A stretch of 18,410 nt of DNA from Utricularia gibba (taxonomy: Eukaryota; Plantae; Magnoliophyta), in contig NEEC01000245.1 of NCBI GenBank assembly GCA_002189035.1, forward strand, positions 1 through 18,410. The letters run 5' to 3'. Each line of letters starts with the position of its first letter. The first letter of the stretch is position 1. The position numbers and the translations under genes were made by a program. This document shows positions 1-7,961 of this stretch, in pieces. The notes under the pieces are model-generated. The model was given only the letters and a program-made list of their open reading frames with translations, was not told where the DNA came from and made no database searches.

Positions 1-3000
1 TGCATCATTTTTTTTAATCGATTTGCATCCAGTTGACCTCATGAGCCATACAGAATCGGGGTCAAGGACCAAGTTCCCAGCGAGACTGGCCGCCACAAAA
101 CGAGAAGCGGTTCCTTGAAAAACCATGTAGGCAGCCCCGAAAACCGAACGATAATAAATACATCACTTTTATTTGCCGGACTACAACTAACTCTCGGTGC
201 AAGCCAAACATTACCTTTGTCCCGTTCCAGGTGCACCCAAAGACCGCCTGCTCAAGTATAAAGTAAGTTGTTGAAAAAATCATGTGGGGTGCACGTGACA
301 TCATAATTTAAACAAATGCATCATTTTTTTTAATCGATTTGCATCCAGTTGACCTCATGAGCCATACAGAATCGGGGTCAAGGACCAAGTTCCCAGCGAG
401 ACTGGCCGCCACAAAACGAGAAGCGGTTCCTTGAAAACCATGTAGGCAGCCCCCGAAAACCGAACGATAATAAATACATCACTTTATTTGCCGGACTACA
501 ACTAACTCTCGGTGCAAGCCAAACATTACCTTTGTCCCGTTCCAGGTGCACCCAAAGACCGCCTGCTCAAGTATAAAGTAAGTTGTTGAAAAAATCATGT
601 GGGGTGCACGTGACATCATAATTTAAACAAATGCATCATTTTTTTTAATCGATTTGCATCCAGTTGACCTCATGAGCCATACAGAATCGGGGTCAAGGAC
701 CAAGTTCCAGCGAGACTGGCCGCCACAAAACGAGAAGCGGTTCCTTGAAAAACCATGTAGGCAGCCCCCGAAAACCGAACGATAATAAATACATCACTTT
801 TTTTGCCGGACTACAACTAACTCTCGGTGCAAGCCAAACATTACCTTTGTCCCGTTCCAGGTGCACCCAAAGACCGCCTGCTCAAGTATAAAGTAAGTTG
901 TTGAAAAAATCATGTGGGGTGCACGTGACATCATAATTTAAAAAATGCATCATTTTTTTAATCGATTTGCATCCAGTTGACCTCATGAGCCATACAGAAT
1001 CGGGTCAAGGACCAAGTTCCCAGCGAGACTGGCCGCCAAAACGAGAAGCGGTTCCTTGAAAAACCATGTAGGCAGCCGAAAACCGAACGATAATAAATAC
1101 ATCACTTTATTTGCCGACTACAACTAACTCTGCAACCTTTGTCCCGTTCCAGGTGCACCCAAAGACCGCCTGCTCAAGTATAAAGTAAGTTGTTGAAAAA
1201 ATCATGTGGGGTGCACGTGACATCATAATTTAAACAAATGCATCATTTTTTTTAATCGATTTGCATCCAGTTGACCTCATGAGCCATACAGAATCGGGGT
1301 CAAGGACCAAGTTCCCAGCGAGACTGGCCGCCACAAAACGAGAAGCGGTTCCTTGAAAAACCATGTAGGCAGCCCCCGAAAACCGAACGATAATAAATAC
1401 ATCACTTTATTTGCCGGACTACAACTAACTCTCGGTGCAAGCCAAACATTACCTTGTCCCGTTCCAGGTGCACCCAAAGACCGCCTGCTCAAGTATAAAG
1501 TAAGTTGTTGAAAAAATCATGTGGGTGCACGTGACAGTGCATCATTTTTTTTAATCGATTTGCATCCAGTTGACCTCATGAGCCATAAGAATCGGGGTCA
1601 AGGACCAAGTTCCCAGCGAGACTGGCCGCCACAAAACGAGAAGCTGTTCCTTGAAAAACCATGTAGGCAGCCCCGAAAACCGAACGATAATAAATACATC
1701 ACTTTATTTGCCGGACTACAACTAACTCTCGGTGCAAGCCAAATTACCTTTGTCCCGTTCCAGGTGCACCCAAAGACCGCCTGCTCAAGTATAAAGTAAG
1801 TTGTTGAAAAAATCATGTGGGGTGCACGTGACATCATAATTTAAAGAAATGCATCATTTTTTTTAATCGATTTGCATCCAGTTGACCTCATGAGCCATAC
1901 AGAATCGGGGTCAAGGACCAAGTTCCCAGCGAGACTGGCCGCCACAAAACGAGAAGCGGTTCCTTGAAAAACCATGTAGGCAGCCCCCGAAAACCGAACG
2001 ATAATAAATACATCACTTTATTTGCCGGACTACAACTAACTCTCGGTGCAAGCCAAACATTACCTTTGTCCCGTTCCAGGTGCACCCAAGACCGCCTGCT
2101 CAAGTATAAAGTAAGTTGTTGAAAAAATCATGTGGGTGCACGTGACATCATAATTTAAACAAATGCATCATTTTTTTTAATCGATTTGCATCCAGTTGAC
2201 CTCATGAGCCATACAGAATCGGGTCAAGGACCAAGTTCCCAGCGAGACTGGCCGCCACAAAACGAGAAGCGGTTCCTTGAAAAACCATGTAGGCAGCCCC
2301 GAAAACCGAACGATAATAAATACATCACTTTATTTGCCGACTACAACTAACTCTCGGTGCAAGCCAAACATTACCTTTGTCCCGTTCCAGGTGCACCCAA
2401 AGACCGCCTGCTCAAGTATAAAGTAAGTTGTTGAAAAAATCATGTGGGGTGCACGTGACATCATAATTTAAACAAATGCATCATTTTTTTTAATCGATTT
2501 GCATCCAGTTGACCTCATGAGCCATACAGAATCGGGGTCAAGGACCAAGTTCCAGCGAGACTGGCCGCCACAAAACGAGAAGCGTTCCTTGAAAAACCAT
2601 GTAGGCAGCCCCGAAAACCGAACGATAATAAATACATCACTTTATTTGCCGGACTACAACTAACTCTCGTGCAAGCCAAACCCTTTGTCCCGTTCCAGGT
2701 GCACCCAAAGACCGCCTGCTCAAGTATAAAGTAAGTTGTTGAAAAAATCATGTGGGGTGCACGTGACATCATAATTTAAAGAAATGCATCATTTTTTTTA
2801 ATCGATTTGCATCCAGTTGACCTCATGAGCCATACAGAATCGGGTCAAGGACCAAGTTCCCAGCGAGACTGGCCGCCACAAAACGAGAAGCGGTTCCTTG
2901 AAAAACCATGTAGGCAGCCCCCGAAAACCGAACGATAATAAATACATCACTTTATTTGCCGGACTACAACTAACTCTCGGTGCAAGCCAAACCCTTTGTC

Positions 3001-3419
3001 GAACCGCCTGCTCAAGTATAAAGTAAGTTGTTGAAAAATCATGTGGGGTGCACGTGACATCATAATTTAAAAAATGCATCATTTTTTTTAATCGATTTGC
3101 ATCCAGTTGACCTCATGAGCCATACAGAATCGGGTCAAGGACCAAGTTCCCAGCGAGACTGGCCGCCACAAAACGAGAAGCGGTTCCTTGAAAAACCATG
3201 TAGGCAGCCCCCGAAAACCGAACGATAATAAATACATCACTTTATTTGCCGGACTACAACTAACTCTCGGTGCAAGCCAAACATTACCTTTGTCCGTTCC
3301 AGGTGCACCCAAGACCGCCTGCTCAAGTATAAAGTAAGTTGTTGAAAAAATCATGTGGGGTGCACGTGACATCATAATTTAAACAAATGCATCATTTTTT
3401 TTAATCGATTTGCATCCAG

Positions 3420-3452
3420 TTGACCTCATGAGCCATACAGAATCGGGGTCAA
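3420..3452. other. Inverted repeat TTGACCTC ... GGGGTCAA (6 Watson-Crick pairs, then T-G and C-G; 17-nt loop), present once per monomer
   Basis: TTGACC (3420-3425) is the exact reverse complement of GGTCAA (3447-3452). Function unknown. Confidence 0.6.
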
Positions 3453-3623
3453 GGACCAAGTTCCCAGCGAGACTGGCCGCCACAAAACGAGAAGCGGTTC
3501 CTTGAAAAACCATGTAGGCAGCCCCCGAAAACCGAACGATAATAAATACATCACTTTATTTGCCGGACTACAACTAACTCTCGGTGCAAGCCAAACATTA
3601 CCTTTGTCCCGTTCCAGGTGCAC
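3426..3623 (-). CDS. Repeated 65-aa ORF (MHLERDKGNV...PILYGS, GTG start); probably not a real gene
   Basis: It recurs only because the monomer recurs, and no domain is recognisable. An SD-like AGGCGG lies 7 nt upstream of the GTG. An ORF of this length in 316 bp across six frames is not far from chance. Confidence 0.1.
   Translation of the reverse strand: MHLERDKGNVWLAPRVSCSPANKVMYLLSFGFRGLPTWFFKEPLLVLWRPVSLGTWSLTPILYGS
3449..3505. other. Inverted repeat TCAAGGA(CC) ... (GGT)TCCTTGA around two mini-hairpins, present once per monomer
   Basis: TCAAGGA (3449-3455) is the exact reverse complement of TCCTTGA (3499-3505). Between them are CCAG-cgaga-CTGG and CCGC-n13-GCGG. Function unknown. Confidence 0.6.
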
Positions 3624-3657
3624 CCAAAGACCGCCTGCTCAAGTATAAAGTAAGTTG
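3502..3657. repeat. Sub-repeat A (about 156 bp) of the internally dimeric monomer
   Basis: Begins TTGAAAAACCATGTAGG and contains AATAAATACATCACTTT, AGCCAAACA, GTTCCAG and ACCGCC. Each motif has a colinear counterpart in sub-repeat B, offset by about 151-162 bp. Confidence 0.75.
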
Positions 3658-3817
3658 TTGAAAAAATCATGTGGGGTGCACGTGACATCATAATTTAAAC
3701 AAATGCATCATTTTTTTTAATCGATTTGCATCCAGTTGACCTCATGAGCCATACAGAATCGGGGTCAAGGACCAAGTTCCCAGCGAGACTGGCCGCCACA
3801 AAACGAGAAGCGGTTCC
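3658..3817. repeat. Sub-repeat B (about 160 bp) of the internally dimeric monomer
   Basis: Begins TTGAAAAAATCATGTGG and contains AACAAATGCATCATTTT, AGCCATACA, GTTCCCAG and GCCGCC, in the same order as the sub-repeat A motifs. Confidence 0.75.
3679..3686 (-). promoter_or_regulatory. GTCACGTG motif (bHLH E-box/G-box; matches the budding-yeast CDEI consensus RTCACRTG), one per monomer
   Basis: The plus strand reads CACGTGAC at 3679-3686. This is a motif match only, with no evidence of function. Confidence 0.2.
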
Positions 3818-6019
3818 TTGAAAAACCATGTAGGCAGCCCCCGAAAACCGAACGATAATAAATACATCACTTTATTTGCCGGACTACAACTAACTCTCGG
3901 TGCAAGCCAAACATTACCTTTGTCCCGTTCCAGGTGCACCCAAAGACCGCCTGCTCAAGTATAAAGTAAGTTGTTGAAAAAATCATGTGGGGTGCACGTG
4001 ACATCATAATTTAAACAAATGCATCATTTTTTTTAATCGATTTGCATCCAGTTGACCTCATGAGCCATACAGAATCGGGGTCAAGGACCAAGTTCCCAGC
4101 GAGACTGGCCGCCACAAAACGAGAAGCGGTTCCTTGAAAAACCATGTAGGCAGCCCCCGAAAACCGAACGATAATAAATACATCACTTTATTTGCCGGAC
4201 TACAACTAACTCTCGGTGCAAGCCAAACATTACCTTTGTCCCGTTCCAGGTGCACCAAAGACCGCCTGCTCAAGTATAAAGTAAGTTGTTGAAAAAATCA
4301 TGTGGGGTGCACGTGACATCATAATTTAAACAAATGCATCATTTTTTTTAATCGATTTGCATCCAGTTGACCTCATGAGCCATACAGAATCGGGTCAAGG
4401 ACCAAGTTCCAGCGAGACTGGCCGCCACAAAACGAGAAGCGGTTCCTTGAAAAACCATGTAGGCAGCCCCCGAAAACCGAACGATAATAAATACATCACT
4501 TTATTTGCCGGACTACAACTAACTCTCGGTGCAAGCCAAACATTACCTTTGTCCCGTTCCAGGTGCACCCAAAGACCGCCTGCTCAAGTATAAAGTAAGT
4601 TGTTGAAAAAATCATGTGGGGTGCACGTGACATCATAATTTAAACAAATGCATCATTTTTTTTAATCGATTTGCATCCAGTTGACCTCATGAGCCATACA
4701 GAATCGGGGTCAAGGACCAAGTTCCCAGCGAGACTGGCCGCCACAAAACGAGAAGCGGTTCCTTGAAAAACCATGTAGGCAGCCCCCGAAAACCGAACGA
4801 TAATAAATACATCACTTTATTTGCCGGACTACAACTAACTCTCGGTGCAAGCCAAACATTACCTTTGTCCCGTTCCAGGTGCACCCAAAGACCGCCTGCT
4901 CAAGTATAAAGTAAGTTGTTGAAAAAATCATGTGGGGTGCACGTGACATCATAATTTAAACAAATGCATCATTTTTTTTAATCGATTTGCATCCAGTTGA
5001 CCTCATGAGCCATACAGAATCGGGGTCAAGGACCAAGTTCCCAGCGAGACTGGCCGCCACAAAACGAGAAGCGGTTCCTTGAAAAACCATGTAGGCAGCC
5101 CCCGAAAACCGAACGATAATAAATACATCACTTTATTTGCCGGACTACAACTAACTCTCGGTGCAAGCCAAACATTACCTTTGTCCCGTTCCAGGTGCAC
5201 CCAAAGACCGCCTGCTCAAGTATAAAGTAAGTTGTTGAAAAAATCATGTGGGGTGCACGTGACATCATAATTTAAACAAATGCATCATTTTTTTTAATCG
5301 ATTTGCATCCAGTTGACCTCATGAGCCATACAGAATCGGGGTCAAGGACCAAGTTCCCAGCGAGACTGGCCGCCACAAAACGAGAAGCGGTTCCTTGAAA
5401 AACCATGTAGGCAGCCCCCGAAAACCGAACGATAATAAATACATCACTTTATTTGCCGGACTACAACTAACTCTCGGTGCAAGCCAAACATTACCTTTGT
5501 CCCGTTCCAGGTGCACCCAAAGACCGCCTGCTCAAGTATAAAGTAAGTTGTTGAAAAAATCATGTGGGGTGCACGTGACATCATAATTTAAACAAATGCA
5601 TCATTTTTTTTAATCGATTTGCATCCAGTTGACCTCATGAGCCATACAGAATCGGGGTCAAGGACCAAGTTCCCAGCGAGACTGGCCGCCACAAAACGAG
5701 AAGCGGTTCCTTGAAAAACCATGTAGGCAGCCCCCGAAAACCGAACGATAATAAATACATCACTTTATTTGCCGACTACAACTAACTCTCGGTGCAAGCC
5801 AAACATTACCTTTGTCCCGTTCCAGGTGCACCCAAAGACCGCCTGCTCAAGTATAAAGTAAGTTGTTGAAAAAATCATGTGGGGTGCACGTGACATCATA
5901 ATTTAAAAAATGCATCATTTTTTTTAATCGATTTGCATCCAGTTGACCTCATGAGCCATACAGAATCGGGGTCAAGGACCAAGTTCCCAGCGAGACTGGC
6001 CGCCACAAAACGAGAAGCG

Positions 6020-7961
6020 TTCCTTGAAAAACGTTAATAAATACATCACTTTATTTGCCGGACTACAACTAACTCTCGGTGCAAGCCAAACATTACCTTT
6101 GTCCCGTTCCAGGTGCACCCAAAGACCGCCTGCTCAAGTATAAAGTAAGTTGTTGAAAAAATCATGTGGGGTGCACGTGACATCATAATTTAAACAAATG
6201 CATCATTTTTTTTAATCGATTTGCATCCAGTTGACCTCATGAGCCATACAGAATCGGGTCAAGGACCAAGTTCCCAGCGAGACTGGCCGCACAAAACGAG
6301 AAGCGGTTCCTTGAAAAACCATGTAGGCAGCCCCCGAAAACCGAACGATAATAAATACATCACTTTATTTGCCGGACTACAACTAACTCTCGGTGCAAGC
6401 CAAACATTACCTTTGTCCCGTTCCAGGTGCACCAAAGACCGCCTGCTCAAGTATAAAGTAAGTTGTTGAAAAAATCATGTGGGGTGCACGTGACATCATA
6501 ATTTAAACAAATGCATCAAATCGATTTGCATCCAGTTGACCTCATGAGCCATACAGAATCGGGTCAAGGACCAAGTTCGAAAAAATGGTATAATAAATAC
6601 ATCACTTTATTTGCCGGAAGCGACACTGAACCAACGCATCATTTTTTTTAATCGATTTGCATCCAGTTGACCTCATGAGCCATACAGAATCGGGGTCAAG
6701 GACCAAGTTCCCAGCGAGACTGGCCGCCACAAAACGAGAAGCGGTTCCTTGAAAAACCATGTTACATCACTTTATTTGCCGGACTACAACTAACTCTCGG
6801 TGCAAGCCAAACATTACCTTTGTCCCGTTCCAGGTGCACCCAAAGACCGCCTGCTCAAGTATAAAGTAAGTTGTTGAAAAAATCATGTGGGGTGCACGTG
6901 ACATCATAATTTAAACAAATGCATCATTTTTTTTAATCGATTTGCATCCAGTTGACCTCATGAGCCATACAGAATCGGGGTCAAGGACCAAGTTCCCAGC
7001 GAGACTGGCCGCCACAAAACGAGAAGCGGTTCCTTGAAAAACCATGTAGGCAGCCCCCGAAAACCGAACGATAATAAATACATCACTTTATTTGCCGACT
7101 ACAACTAACTCTCGTGCAAGCCAAACATTACCTTTGTCCCGTTCCAGGTGCACCCAAAGACCGCCTGCTCAAGTATAAAGTAAGTTGTTGAAAAAATCAT
7201 GTGGGGTGCACGTGACATCAAATGGACAAGCCAAATCATTTTTTGAATCCCGTTTGCATGCACCAAAGACCTGCTCAAGTATAAAGTAAGCCATGACAGG
7301 GGTTGTCACGACAAGTTCCCAGCGAGACTGGCCGCCACAAAACGAGAAGCGTTCCTTGAAAAACCATGTAGGCAGCCCCGAAAACCGAACGATAATAAAT
7401 ACATCACTTTATTTGCCGGACTACAACTAACTCTCGTGCAAGCCAAACTTTTTGAAAAAAATCATGTGGGGTGCACGTGACATCATAATTTAAAGTTGAC
7501 ATCATCATGAGCCATACAGAATTCAAGGACCAAGTTCCCAGCGAGACTTTCTTGAAAAACCATGTAGGCAGCCCCGAAAACCGAACGATAATAAATACAT
7601 CACTTTATTTGCCGGACTACAACTAACTCTCGGTGCAAGCCAAACATTACCTTTGTCCCGTTCCAGGTGCACCCAAAGACCGCCTGCTCAAGTATAAAGT
7701 AAGTTGTTGAAAAAATCATGTGGGGTGCACGTGACATCATAATTTAAACAAATGCATCATTTTTTTTAATCGATTTGCATCCAGTTGACCTCATGAGCCA
7801 CCCAAGTTCCCAGACTGCCGCCACAAAACGAGAAGCGGTTAATAAATACATCACTTTATTTGCCGCTACAACTAACTCTCGGTGCAAGAAGGCAGACCGT
7901 TCCCAAACGCATGAAGTACATGCCACTTTATTTCCTTGAAAAACCATGTAGGCAGCCCCCG
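6020..7961. other. Degraded zone of the array: multi-base deletions, a 123-bp truncated copy (6512-6634) and scrambled segments (about 6580-6635, 7221-7312, 7495-7550, 7801-7935)
   Basis: Direct comparison with the consensus. Large deletions and non-consensus strings cluster here, whereas outside it differences are mainly single-base deletions plus a few about 16-22-nt deletions (near 1130, 1537, 3000). Confidence 0.9.

Larger units (their letters stand above)
3388..3703. repeat. Representative consensus monomer (316 bp, about 44.6% GC by hand count of 141 G+C)
   Basis: Appears identical by eye to the copies at 3704, 4649, 4965, 5281, 8127, 9070 and 9386. Used as the coordinate reference (monomer position n = 3387+n). 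Confidence 0.95.

Noticed and set aside
3425-3432. Hammerhead ribozyme core (CTCATGAG resembles CUGAUGAG)
   Set aside because: The conserved G5 is C, no stem II followed by GAAA lies next to it, and no CTGANGA was found on either strand of the consensus.
3515-3543. Sigma70 promoter TAGGCA-N17-GATAAT on the plus strand
   Set aside because: It lacks the conserved first T of the -10 and two -35 bases, there is no convincing downstream gene, and such a match is expected by chance.
3562-3587. Rolling-circle plasmid double-strand origin (GCCGGACTACAACTAACTCTCGG)
   Set aside because: There is only loose resemblance to pT181 or pMV158 nick hairpins. The stem is 5 bp with a bulge and the nick consensus is not matched.
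3593-3601. CRESS-DNA virus origin nonanucleotide (AAACATTAC)
   Set aside because: It does not fit NANTATTAC, the flanking stem is only 4 bp (CAAA/TTTG), and there is no Rep ORF.
3607-3623. CENP-B box (TCCCGTTCCA resembles the start of the reverse-complement box)
   Set aside because: The essential CGAA half is missing at the required spacing. The other candidate, CCCGAAAACCGAA, has the wrong spacing.
3546-3660. Functional 5S rRNA gene
   Set aside because: Similarity is patchy, the box C core GGATGGG and the helix I pairing are missing, and no T-run terminator follows. It is kept only as a possible relic under findings.
3560-3686. Budding-yeast point centromere (CDEI match GTCACGTG on the minus strand)
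   Set aside because: It is not followed by an about 80-bp >90% AT CDEII or a CDEIII, and point centromeres are not tandemly arrayed.
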